Shown here: in pieces, positions 27,701 through 36,974 of the stretch
How the letters are laid out: every line of letters begins with the position of its first letter
Numbering within the stretch: the first letter of the stretch is position 1
Source: a virus
Lineage: Duplodnaviria > Caudoviricetes
Reading direction: 5' to 3' (one strand)
Virus record (IMG/VR): IMGVR_UViG_2923682817_000001
Coordinates: 1-64,000 of that record
DNA: 64,000 nucleotides
Notes under the pieces: model-generated
Seen by the model: only the letters and a program-made list of their open reading frames with translations
Databases searched by the model: none
What the model was told of the DNA's origin: nothing
Made by a program: the position numbers and the translations under genes

Positions 27701-28048
27701 TATCGGCCTTTCGGGGATTTACTGGGACTCATCCCAGTATTGCTGGTTTTCGCCTTGAGGTGTTTGTGCGGTCGTGCCGGGCGCCCATTCGTATCCGAGC
27801 TCGTGGTTGGACACTGTTTCGTGGTAGCAGCCGGGCGGGCCGTAGTGAATTCCGTCATGGAAGTAGCAGGTCTGGACGTGCATCATGAGCCTTCGCGAAG
27901 TGCTGCCGACTTGATGGAGGTCGCTCGGAGCCGCTCGGCGTTCTCGGCCATTTCCGCCACGACGCGTTGGAGAGCGGTCTGTGCGGCGGTGATGTAGTCG
28001 GCGGGCTCAGATTCAGCGGTGCGCCGGGTTGTGCTCCAGGCCATATGC

Positions 28049-28384
28049 TCACGCCTTCGCGGTGTTGGAGTCCTTCGCCTGCGGATTTTTAGCTTCCGCC
28101 AGTCTGGTGGTGACGTCTTCCAACACGGCTACGACGTCCTCAAGCACGGCCGCGTTCTGCTTGGCACTGTCCACCATCGACTGCGCGATGGGGACTACTG
28201 TCTCGATGACGCCGGAAAGTCTTGCGTTCTCATCGACTACGCGCCGGTATGCGCGTCCGGGCACGACGATCTCGTTTACAAAGATGAGAAACACAAAGGC
28301 CGCGAGTGGGCCGAGGAACAGCGGATTCGTTAGAAAATCCCCCGCGGGTTCAACGGCGTTCGCAGCCAGTGTGAAGAGAAGCAC
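28049..28384 (-). CDS. Holin-like membrane protein
   Basis: One transmembrane helix, IVVPG motif and a coiled coil. Confidence 0.45.
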   Translation of the reverse strand: MLLFTLAANAVEPAGDFLTNPLFLGPLAAFVFLIFVNEIVVPGRAYRRVVDENARLSGVIETVVPIAQSMVDSAKQNAAVLEDVVAVLEDVTTRLAEAKNPQAKDSNTAKA

Positions 28385-28448
28385 GGTACCGCCGATCAGT
28401 CGAAATAACGTCTGTATTCGAGGGTACCGTTTTGTCGCTATTCGGTTG

Positions 28449-29045
28449 TTATGCGCGGGCGATGATGTCGTTGATGTCGTCGTAGGTGAGTTCGACGAAC
28501 CCGTCAGGCTTTTCTACCTTGCCGTCCGGCCGCTTCTTCACCTTTCCCGTTTCGGCGTCGATCTTCGTCTTGTTGTTGTCGTCGACCAGCTGGAAGACGG
28601 CGGGCAGATCGATACCCATCACTTCGGCCGTGCCGTAGACGACGTACAGCAGGTCGGCAAGCTCTTTCGCCAGTGCAGCGATGTTTCCGCGCCCGACCCG
28701 GAACTTGTAGATCTCGGTGTCGACCTCGTCGCTCTCTTCGCCGATGAGGGTCCGCCGCAGGACCAGGAGCTTCTGCTGAGCGTCGGTATCGAGCTCCAGG
28801 AACGGCTTCTGGTCGATCGCCTCGTGCCACTCTCGAAGCTCGGCCATGGGGTCGTAGCGGCGCGGTCGACGCGGCAGGGGCTGCACGGGCGGAAGCTTGA
28901 AGCGCACGGATCCGTCGGCGTTGACGCCTACCGGTTCGGGCAGGTCGTACATAGGCGGGCCGACCTCTTCAAACAGATCGTTGAGACTCTTCCAGACTTC
29001 CTGGCGAAGGAACCCGGGCTGGCCTTCCTTGAGGGGCTCAGTCAT
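28449..29045 (-). CDS. MazG-like NTP pyrophosphohydrolase
   Basis: LIGEESDE...KELADLLYVVYG...NNKTK...DGKVEKP. Confidence 0.85.
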   Translation of the reverse strand: MTEPLKEGQPGFLRQEVWKSLNDLFEEVGPPMYDLPEPVGVNADGSVRFKLPPVQPLPRRPRRYDPMAELREWHEAIDQKPFLELDTDAQQKLLVLRRTLIGEESDEVDTEIYKFRVGRGNIAALAKELADLLYVVYGTAEVMGIDLPAVFQLVDDNNKTKIDAETGKVKKRPDGKVEKPDGFVELTYDDINDIIARA

Positions 29046-29048
29046 GGG

Positions 29049-29873
29049 TCAGACCTCCAGCTGGAACAGGACAAAGTCACGCATGAGCTGGTTGCGGTCG
29101 TTCCACAGGTCTTCGGCGATCCAGAAGTTGACCTTGGCGCCGAAAATCTCGACCTCCTGGCGCCGGTACTTGGTCGGGTAAGTCGTCGAAGCGCTGGAGC
29201 GGTTGATGCCGGACAGGGAGGAGATCAGGCGGAAGCCCTGGGGCGGCTCGGTGTGGACGAAGTAGGTACCGAACGGCCCGTTGGGGTCGGTCTTACGCTG
29301 GCCGTGCTTCGGCCCGCCCAAGAAGATCTCCTTGTAGACCGGCTCGGGCGTGGGCTTCGGCTCGGCGGTCTCCGTGGGCTTGTCCCCGGCCGCGTAGCTC
29401 TTGAGCTGCTCGACGAGCTTGTCCTTGTCCAAGGGGGCCGAGGCCAGGGTGCCGTTCGGGCCGCCGCTGACGGACGAGAGCGCGGTGCCGAAGGAGTCGG
29501 AGAGGGAGAAGAAGGGGCGCCTGGAGGGGGCGAGACTGAGAGTGGGGCGGGCGGTGGGCCTGATCGGCTCGGGCTTGGGCTCAGGCTTCGGCTCGGGGCG
29601 GACGGGCACGGGCTTGACCGTGGCGCCCTGCTCGATCAGGTTGTAGATGCGGTTCCTCATCTGAGAGTTCCAGCACCTGGAGTAGAGGTAGGAAGGCCCG
29701 TAGATGAAGCACGCGTCCTTGGGGTCGATGCCGTCGAGCTGGGTCTGTGAGGTCAGGTAGATGATGTTGTTCGACCGCAGGCCGTTCTTGCGCAGGGTGT
29801 CCATGATCGGCTTCGCCACGGTGAGAGAGTGGGCGAGGACAAAGTGGCGGCGCTGCCGCTGCGTGGTGGGCAT
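29049..29873 (-). CDS. Hypothetical protein
   Basis: 274-aa ORF with good codon usage and PEPK linkers. Confidence 0.7.
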   Translation of the reverse strand: MPTTQRQRRHFVLAHSLTVAKPIMDTLRKNGLRSNNIIYLTSQTQLDGIDPKDACFIYGPSYLYSRCWNSQMRNRIYNLIEQGATVKPVPVRPEPKPEPKPEPIRPTARPTLSLAPSRRPFFSLSDSFGTALSSVSGGPNGTLASAPLDKDKLVEQLKSYAAGDKPTETAEPKPTPEPVYKEIFLGGPKHGQRKTDPNGPFGTYFVHTEPPQGFRLISSLSGINRSSASTTYPTKYRRQEVEIFGAKVNFWIAEDLWNDRNQLMRDFVLFQLEV

Positions 29874-29934
29874 GGCGAGGACGCTACGAATGCGTAGTTG
29901 GGATGCGTCAAGTTGGGATGTTTGCCCGGAAATG

Positions 29935-30115
29935 AAAAAGGCCCCGGAGGGGCAACCTCGGGGCCTGGCATCCGGACCATGGATGCTCTAAGAGAGTGGG
30001 CCGGCTTCCCCATCCACTGGATCCTCTTGCCCAAGATCCACCAAGAACAATCGCATCCGCAAGGTCGGGGAAACCGGCTTGTCGCTGACCCTACCGGTTC
30101 GTGGTCAGCGGGTGC
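29935..30115 (-). ncRNA. Candidate 3'-UTR-derived structured antisense RNA
   Basis: Several stems with G-U pairs on the minus strand, a segment complementary to early-gene leader A, and a terminator ending GGGGCCTTTTTC. Confidence 0.45.
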
Positions 30116-30118
30116 TAC

Positions 30119-30469
30119 TTAGGCCGCTACTGGTGAGCGGCCGAACTCTACCCAGCGGAACATCCCATAGGCGAACTTGTAGTGGAAGCCGTGGAGTGAG
30201 CCGTGCTGCTCGAAAATCAGGATGCCGTTGGGGATGGTGACCTGGCCGAACTCGACCATGCCAGTGATGCGCCAGCGGTTGCCGTTGCGGGTGTAGATGG
30301 CTGCCTCACGCTCGACCCAGGCCTGGGCGTCGGCGAGGTCGTCGTACCAGGGTTCGGGGGCCGGCAGGCTCTGGGTGCCGATCTTCCAGGCAGGCTTGGT
30401 GAGGTAGGCCCGCCATACCCAGTCGGTGGTGGGGGCCGTTGCGGTCGCTCCTTCAGGGCTGTTGTGCAC
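30119..30469 (-). CDS. Hypothetical protein (leader B)
   Basis: GTG start after CCACGCACCACCGAAGGGAA. Confidence 0.65.
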   Translation of the reverse strand: MHNSPEGATATAPTTDWVWRAYLTKPAWKIGTQSLPAPEPWYDDLADAQAWVEREAAIYTRNGNRWRITGMVEFGQVTIPNGILIFEQHGSLHGFHYKFAYGMFRWVEFGRSPVAA

Positions 30470-30502
30470 GGGGTTCCCTTCGGTGGTGCGTGGTGGTGGT
30501 TC

Positions 30503-30742
30503 TTAAATCAGGTGGTCCAGGGCGCCGGCCTTGATGTCGGCCGTCCAGGCGCCGATGTCGTCCGGGGTGAACACCAGGACGTGGCCGGTCGGGTGCTTGG
30601 TGTCCAGCATGCCGACCACTCCCCCGGCCAGCGGGGCGAGGGCGACACAGTTGCTGTTGCCGTGGGAACGGCTGCTCTTTCGCCAGGCAACGTCGGGCAG
30701 CTCGGTGGCGAGCATGCCGTTGCGGATATGGGTCATCTGCAT
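30503..30742 (-). CDS. DUF397 protein (standalone)
   Basis: WRKSSRS..NSNCV.LA...DTK.P...LVFT...IKAG. Confidence 0.9.
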   Translation of the reverse strand: MQMTHIRNGMLATELPDVAWRKSSRSHGNSNCVALAPLAGGVVGMLDTKHPTGHVLVFTPDDIGAWTADIKAGALDHLI

Positions 30743-30839
30743 GATCCCAGGATATTTGGAGGTGGCAATACCTGTCTATGGCCAGCTATTGCTGTATCGC
30801 ATCAGGCCTGGTAGAGACCCCCTGCCTAGGGTCAGCTAC

Positions 30840-31097
30840 ATGGTCGAATTTTCGGCGACGAAGCCGAAGTGGAAGCAGATCGCGGGGATACTGCGCGAGC
30901 GGATCCGCACGGGCGAGTATGGGCCGGACACGCTCATCGTCGAGCTGCAGCTGGCTCAGGAGTTCGAGGTCGCCCGCCAGACGATACGCAAGGCGATTAC
31001 GAAGTTGCGTGACGAAGGGCTGCTGGAGACCGAAGTCGGGGTCGGGTCGTCGGTCCGGGCCGGTGCGGTCGAGAGGCTCCAGGCGGTCGACGAGTAG
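30840..31097 (+). CDS. GntR-family winged-HTH regulator (DNA-binding domain only)
   Basis: WKQIA..LRERI..GEY.P...LAQEFEVARQTIRKA...LRDEGL...G.GS.V. Confidence 0.88.
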   Translation: MVEFSATKPKWKQIAGILRERIRTGEYGPDTLIVELQLAQEFEVARQTIRKAITKLRDEGLLETEVGVGSSVRAGAVERLQAVDE

Positions 31098-31296
31098 CTC
31101 GCCGCCGGCCGGCTCGATGGGATGCGGGCGGGCCGACGGCTCGTTTACGGCTGGCCCGTAGAGGGTAGATCATGATCTTGTCGTTGCCTACCAACTATAT
31201 GCAATTGGTCGTTACGAACCCTTCTGACCTGATCAGAGCGTTGATACTCTTCGGCTCGCGACGCACCTGTGCGCATAAGGGGTATTTGGAGCTGAC

Positions 31297-31653
31297 ATGG
31301 CAAAAGAACTTCGGGAACAGCTCGTCGACGATTTCGACGGGAGCGAGGCGGTCGACACGATCAACTTCGCGGTGTCGGGCTTCGCGTACGAGATCGACGT
31401 GTCAGAGGAGCACCGCAAGGAGTTCTGGGAGTTCATGGAGCCGTGGATGAAGACGGCCCGCCGTCAGGCTGTGCTGCGTCGCCCGCGTCGGTCGGGGATG
31501 CGTGGACCCGTCTGGGCGGATTCTCAGCGGGTACGGGCCTGGGCCAAGGAGGCCGGCTTGGAGGTCAGCGATAAGGGCTACCCGTCGCACGAGGTGCAGA
31601 TGAAGTTTGTGGCCGCCTACGCCAACGGGGATCTGCCCGACAAGTACTTGTGA
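31297..31653 (+). CDS. lsr2: Lsr2-family protein
   Basis: LVDDFDG..A..TINF.....YEID dimerisation domain; VRAWAKEAGLEVS DNA-binding domain. Confidence 0.88.
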   Translation: MAKELREQLVDDFDGSEAVDTINFAVSGFAYEIDVSEEHRKEFWEFMEPWMKTARRQAVLRRPRRSGMRGPVWADSQRVRAWAKEAGLEVSDKGYPSHEVQMKFVAAYANGDLPDKYL

Positions 31654-31894
31654 TCTGTCCGCTGACCGGACGTTAAGAGAGGGGAGTCCCCCGGATACCA
31701 CCCCGGGAGACTCCCCTTCTTCCTGACCAGCCTCGACAGGGCTTGAAGAAGGGTTCCTCCCCCTGATCGGTTGGTAGCTGGTGACTCACACCCAGGGAGT
31801 GCGCCCGCAACATCGACAAGCGGCGCTCGGTGAGCTGGAAGGACTCTACAGCCAGTTATGCGAGGCTTACCAGATCACGACTGTCCGTTCTGGA

Positions 31895-32020
31895 CATATT
31901 TCATCTGTTTTTAACTTTTTGCCGTTGACCTGGTCAAACTTTTTACTTCGAGCCTCCGCGCACCCTGATTTTGATCTTGTTTTTTGATCGTCTTTTGTCG
32001 TTGACCTTGTATTTGATCTT
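31895..32020. repeat. AT-rich repeat tract, candidate replication origin
   Basis: TTTGATC at 31970, 31983, 32012; CGTTGACCT at 31923, 31999; AACTTTTT at 31913, 31937. Confidence 0.55.
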
Positions 32021-32600
32021 CCCCACTCTCCGGGGCCGAGAGCCGGGAAGCGCAGGGCGGGGATCTCCCCTCCCCTCGCGCAGACCTGGGCCAAAAAAGG
32101 CGGTCTACACGAGGTGAGGGGAGACACGGAACTCTCCGTACGCCGCTTCGCGGTCGCTTGGTTGGTCACTCGTGCCGGACCGGGCATTACCACCGGTCCC
32201 AGGGCGAGATGTTGTGCAGATCTAGTACCCGGCCCCATCTCGATGGGTCGTCATCCGTAGTACGACTGGACTGCCAGCCCCAGAGTGAGCCTGTCTTAGC
32301 GTGCGCTCCCGGCCTCGCGGCGTTCACCCCAGCCCCGGGCCGAGCTCTACCGAAACGGCGGTCGCACCCGAGTACTGAAGCTAGGGAGCCAACCTCTGGC
32401 TGCCTACACATTCAGTAAGACCGTTTACCCCCTCTCGGGGGCTCTCTCTACACCCGGTGGCCAAGCCGGTGGGAGGTTACTCATTCCGCCTTTTCCTCCG
32501 CTGGCGGGACTGCCATCCACCGAGCCTCGTACGAGGGGCAGGGACTGCGCAGGGGCATGTTTCAGAGGGTGCCCACTCCCCAAAGTTGTTCGACGCGGCC
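32021..32600 (-). ncRNA. Candidate long structured RNA
   Basis: No convincing ORF; many hairpins; long stem 32064-32124 with G-U pairs on the minus strand; promoter-like TGTACA-17-TAACTT upstream. Confidence 0.4.
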
Positions 32601-32772
32601 GAAGTTACCAGGTATGGCCAGGTATGTACAGCTGTTGCCAGCTGCAAGATCGGGGCAGCCTCGCGAGCGACCGCGGCGCCCGAGCGCATCGGGCCGGCCC
32701 CCGCACGCGGCCGTCCGACAGACATGACAAGGCCCCCACCACTCGGCGGGGGCCTTGCCTACGTCTCGGGAT

Positions 32773-33015
32773 CTACCGGCGCCGCTGCGCCTTCCTGTGC
32801 CGCTTCTGGGGCGTCTTTGGCTTCTCCTCTGGGTACGGCTCCAACCCCATGGCTATACGCCGGGCGTTGTGCATCTTGTACCGAAACCTGAAACCGCCTT
32901 GACCGCGTCCACGCGGCTCACGGCACGGTTCGCCGGCCACCGCGGCGCACTTCTGCGCGGTGCAGAACACCGTGCCCCGCTCGTAAGGCTGCTGCGCCAC
33001 TCGTACCGTTCCCAT
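32773..33015 (-). CDS. Small Cys/His zinc-finger-like protein
   Basis: C....C.A..GEPC...H..R pattern; basic tail. Confidence 0.55.
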   Translation of the reverse strand: MGTVRVAQQPYERGTVFCTAQKCAAVAGEPCREPRGRGQGGFRFRYKMHNARRIAMGLEPYPEEKPKTPQKRHRKAQRRR

Positions 33016-33157
33016 GCGGCGATTCTAGCTGGAAGATCGCGCCGGAGCCACGGGGAAACCTGCTCACGAATACCGGAATGGTGTCCATAGACAGGTATGG
33101 CCAGCCACTAACACCTATAAGATGCACATAACATCCACCAAGAACAGCGGAGTACCC

Positions 33158-33715
33158 GTGACGCATCACACCGGATCCCACTACACGCCCGGCTACGGCT
33201 ACCCGCCTGCACCGGTTCCGTCCCGCCCGGGATTCAGCGGCTTGACCGTCGTCCTCGTCGCCTCTGGAACGCTCCTGTCCGGCTGCTTCGGCGGATTCAT
33301 CATCGGCAGCGTGAGCGGATCCACCGCGGCGGCTCCCTCCGAGCGCACGACCCTCCCGCGGGCCAGCAAGGCCGCCGTGCCGACCCACAAGTCCACCCAG
33401 CCCCAGGCGGCCGAAGCCGAGGGCGAGCCGCGCAAGCCTCGCCCTGGCGACTTCCAGCTCTCGGTTAAGACCCTGAAGCAGTCCTGTTTCAGCTCGGCCG
33501 GCTGCCTCATCACCTTTCGAGTGGTGCCGTCCTACCGCGGGCCGGCCCTGGGTGACCAGCAGTACACCGTCACCTACAAGGTCACCGGCGGTAAGGAACC
33601 GAAGATCGGATCGTTCACGATGGTCGGCGCCCAGCTCTCCTACGACCGCCAGGATTTCCTCTCCACCAACTCCTCCGCGGACCGGCTCGCTGCCGAGGTG
33701 ACCGAGGTTCTCTGA
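33158..33715 (+). CDS. Membrane-anchored/exported protein
   Basis: Hydrophobic helix, S/T/P linker, QSCFSSAGC domain; preceded by a leader-A-like sequence. Confidence 0.75.
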   Translation: MTHHTGSHYTPGYGYPPAPVPSRPGFSGLTVVLVASGTLLSGCFGGFIIGSVSGSTAAAPSERTTLPRASKAAVPTHKSTQPQAAEAEGEPRKPRPGDFQLSVKTLKQSCFSSAGCLITFRVVPSYRGPALGDQQYTVTYKVTGGKEPKIGSFTMVGAQLSYDRQDFLSTNSSADRLAAEVTEVL

Positions 33716-33772
33716 CCCCTGGCAGCAGGAAGGCCCCGCACCAAGCTGGTGCGGGGCCTTCCTCGTTCCTGG

Positions 33773-34333
33773 TCAGATGCGGAAGATCCTCGCGGTGCCG
33801 CGCTGGGCAGAGTAGACCCAGTAGTTGCGGTGGCCGGTTGCCTCTTCGTGGTCGGTCTGCCAGGTGTAGGCGACCTGCTCTTCCTCCGACGCCTCCGACC
33901 GCTCGGGGCAGTGACGACACTCGCTGTAGCAGAACGTCACTACGGCCCGATTGTCGGCCATCTTGTCGACCGGCCGCGCGTGGATCACTTCGCCAGCCGC
34001 GTGCACAAGCTCGCCAGCAGGCTCGGCCCCGGGCTCGGGGGCCGGCGGGGACAAGGTGGCGCCGATGGTGGCGGCGCAGTCGGTGAGGATGGTTTCGGCG
34101 AGCTCCTCCAGGGCAGCCACGTCAGCATGTCGCCACTTGGTGCCGGTCAACCCGGGGAGATCGGCCCGCATGAGGTTTCCCGGGGCGCTTCCGGCCGGGG
34201 CGATGAAGAAGACCGGCGCCTTGCCGACCAGTCCTTCCCGCCGGCCCCGCGGGGTGTTCTTCCACACGATGCGACACCCGGGCTTGGGCAGGCCGTCGAC
34301 CTGGACGGGGCGGCCCTTGTCGTCGGTGATCAC
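33773..34333 (-). CDS. Hypothetical protein with a C-terminal CxxC/H motif
   Basis: CRHC...HEEATGH; coupled to the upstream gene. Confidence 0.65.
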   Translation of the reverse strand: MITDDKGRPVQVDGLPKPGCRIVWKNTPRGRREGLVGKAPVFFIAPAGSAPGNLMRADLPGLTGTKWRHADVAALEELAETILTDCAATIGATLSPPAPEPGAEPAGELVHAAGEVIHARPVDKMADNRAVVTFCYSECRHCPERSEASEEEQVAYTWQTDHEEATGHRNYWVYSAQRGTARIFRI

Positions 34334-34626
34334 TTCTGGCTCCCGAACAGCTCGCGGCCGTCGTGGACGGTGTAGACGATGCCGCTCAGCGTGAACTGGG
34401 CGTTGATGATCTGGGCCATGGCGTCCCAGGCCCGGCTGTCCATCACCGCGGATCCGCGCCGCTCGGGGAGGTCGACGTACTCGACAAGGACGGCCTTGTC
34501 GGCGTCCAGGAGGGTGCCGATGTAGGGGCAGTGGATCTCCCTCTCGACGGCGTAGAGCAGCCTCAGACGGGCCAAGGCGGCGTCTGCGTCGGTATCGCCG
34601 ACAATGGCTTCAGTGATCTCGTTCAT
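34330..34626 (-). CDS. Hypothetical protein (operator-linked, leader B)
   Basis: ATG after CACCGAAGGGAAATCGGG; operator at 34691. Confidence 0.7.
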   Translation of the reverse strand: MNEITEAIVGDTDADAALARLRLLYAVEREIHCPYIGTLLDADKAVLVEYVDLPERRGSAVMDSRAWDAMAQIINAQFTLSGIVYTVHDGRELFGSQK

Positions 34627-35050
34627 CCCGATTTCCCTTCGGTGTTGCGTGGTGCGCCGTTCCTGCTGGCGTGCACCAATACTCTCACGTTAAGGAATCC
34701 AGCGCAACTCATTCCTCAAAGACGCCGTGACCTGGGAAAATGCGGATAATTTATCGATTTCCTAGACAGTGTCAGAGCTACCGCGCCACGCGAGGCGCGG
34801 CAAAAGGCCCCGTCGAAAGACGGGGCCTTTCTTCGTACGCCGTGGCCCCGGGGAGTCCCGTACCCGGAACGGCTCATCCCAGAGCCACGAACCCTGGTTA
34901 CCCTCGGCGGTGGCCGGTCAGGGGAAGCGACCGGAAAAGGCGCACGTTATGGGGATGACACACGCCGCGCACCGCCGAGGGTCCGCCGACCAATCAACCT
35001 GCCTATCCCTCGGGCTCACGGTCACCAACCGGCCGGCGGAGTCTTGTGGG

Positions 35051-35446
35051 TCAGTACATGAACAGGAACCAGACGGTGCGGCCCTTGGCGCCGGCCTCTT
35101 CTCGAACCCCCCAGGCCTCCGACCGATCGCTCAGCAACTTCATGCCTCGGCCGCTCTCGGCGAGCTCGTCGACTTCGAGCACCTGCGGCGCCGACGACTC
35201 CGATCCGTCGTCGCGGACTTCGACGAGCACGTAGTCCGGACCGGTCTCCAGTCCGACGGCGACTTGCCCACCGTTTCCGGAACGCGTGTGGCGAACCGCG
35301 TTGGTAACGAGCTCGGAGACCGCCAGCACGAGGTCATCATGTAACGGGTGTTCGCTGCTGATCAGATCTCGCACCCAGTCGCGCGCCTGGCCGGGGGCCT
35401 GCGTTCCGCCCGGAACCTGGTACTCGGAAAGCAGTCCGATCATCAT
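35051..35446 (-). CDS. HATPase_c anti-sigma-like ATP-binding protein
   Basis: LAVSELVTNAVRH, VEVRDDG, ESGRGM.L, WGV, VWF. Confidence 0.9.
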   Translation of the reverse strand: MMIGLLSEYQVPGGTQAPGQARDWVRDLISSEHPLHDDLVLAVSELVTNAVRHTRSGNGGQVAVGLETGPDYVLVEVRDDGSESSAPQVLEVDELAESGRGMKLLSDRSEAWGVREEAGAKGRTVWFLFMY

Positions 35447-35654
35447 ACTTCGACCCTTTCGCCAGCCCCGATTTCGCTCAATGGTCAGCCCAAGGAGGCC
35501 CCATCCAGGCGAGAGCGCGAACGCCCAACATGCGGTGGAGGACCCGTTACTCTCGATCGTGACGGTTCGACACGCCCATGTAAAGCCGTTCGATCGGAAC
35601 GGTTCGAGTGACTTACGTTCCAAATCCAGGCAAAGGGTGCAGAAGGGGTGCGGT

Positions 35655-36512
35655 ATGGGTGGTAGATCAAGCCCGACCATCGGGCGGCGGCAGCTCGCTG
35701 GAGAACTCCGCAGGCTACGTACGGCAGCCAAGATGACTCGCGAGGATGTAGCCGAGCAGCTCGACTGCGCGCCGGCCACCGTCACGAAGTTCGAGAACGC
35801 AACGGCCGCGGTCAGCGTGGCCACAGTCGCAATGCTCATGGAGATCTACGGCGTCGCCGGCCCCGCTCGCGACGACATGCTGAAGCTTGCCCGCGAGGCC
35901 CGCCAGCGTGGATGGTGGCACCAGTACAGCCGAGCGATCCCAGCATGGTTTTCCGTCTACGTCGGCCTGGAGGAAGCAGCATCGGAGATCAGCTCCTGGC
36001 ACCCCGAAGTGCTTGACGGCCGACTTCAGACCGAAAGCTACATGCGCGCCCTGATCAGCGCCGAGCTGCCAGTCCCCGACGCCTCGGAGATCGACCGCCG
36101 GGTGGCCGTACGACTCAAGCGCCAGGAACGCCTACACGAATCCGAACCGCTCAGCCTCTGGGTCGTCATCGGCGAGGCCGCGCTGCGCCGGCTGGTCGGC
36201 GGCCCCGAAACCATGCGCGAACAGCTCGAACACCTTGTGCAGCAGTCCCTACTGAACAACGTGACCATTCAGGTTCTTCCGTACAAGACCGGCGCCTACC
36301 CCGGCATGCACGGCGGATTTCACCTGCTCCGCTTCCCAGAAGCCACCGGGGACGCCATCGTGTACGTTGAATACCAGCAGGGGTCCATTTACCTGGAGAA
36401 GAAGCCAGACGTGGCCTCCTATGATCGTCTCTTCGACCACCTCGTGGCCAGGGCTCTCGGCCCGGACGAATCCCGTGCCATGATCACGCAGGTGGCCGAG
36501 GAATACTCGTAG
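35655..36512 (+). CDS. XRE-HTH plus DUF5753 regulator (WhiJ-like)
   Basis: RRQLAGELRRLR, GWW, LQTESY.RA, RLKRQ, GEAAL, QVLP, YLE. Confidence 0.92.
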   Translation: MGGRSSPTIGRRQLAGELRRLRTAAKMTREDVAEQLDCAPATVTKFENATAAVSVATVAMLMEIYGVAGPARDDMLKLAREARQRGWWHQYSRAIPAWFSVYVGLEEAASEISSWHPEVLDGRLQTESYMRALISAELPVPDASEIDRRVAVRLKRQERLHESEPLSLWVVIGEAALRRLVGGPETMREQLEHLVQQSLLNNVTIQVLPYKTGAYPGMHGGFHLLRFPEATGDAIVYVEYQQGSIYLEKKPDVASYDRLFDHLVARALGPDESRAMITQVAEEYS

Positions 36513-36541
36513 CACTACCAGCAGAAGGGTGCAGGTGACCT

Positions 36542-36796
36542 ATGGCACCGAAGCAGTGGCGTAAGGGCAGTCTCAGCGGCAACGGCGGCGCGGACTGCGT
36601 CGAAGTGGCGGTCGTTCCCGGCAACGACCCCGAGGTGGCCGAGAACAAGGCCGGTGAGCCCATCGTCTACCTCGTCCGCGACTCCAAGAACCCCGAGGCA
36701 GCCCCGCTGTCGTTCGACAAGCGCGAGTGGGCCGCATTCATCGGCTCGGTGAAGCTCGGCGAGTTCGACCCCGAGGCGGAGCCGGCGACCGTCTGA
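36542..36796 (+). CDS. DUF397 protein
   Basis: WRKGS.S.NGGADCVEVA...VRDSKNP...EW.AF...VK.GEFD. Confidence 0.92.
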   Translation: MAPKQWRKGSLSGNGGADCVEVAVVPGNDPEVAENKAGEPIVYLVRDSKNPEAAPLSFDKREWAAFIGSVKLGEFDPEAEPATV

Positions 36797-36974
36797 TCAG
36801 CTCGTTGATAGGCCCTCCCCGGGATCCGGGGAGGGCCTATCTATTTGGAACGGAACCTATGTGGGAGATTTCCGGAACGGTTCGATCCGAACTTGTTACC
36901 TTGAACGGATAGTCCGTAGTCGCTCGTGGCCGTAGCGTCATGGGCGACCGATCACCAACACGGAGGTGTGCACC

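Noticed and set aside
29935-30115. tRNA gene
   Set aside because: Multi-stem structure but no T-loop GTTCRA in the right context and no acceptor stem/CCA; kept as a candidate sRNA.
31700-32650. Group II intron, retron or DGR
   Set aside because: No reverse transcriptase in the window, and no recognisable domain V or template/variable repeat pair.
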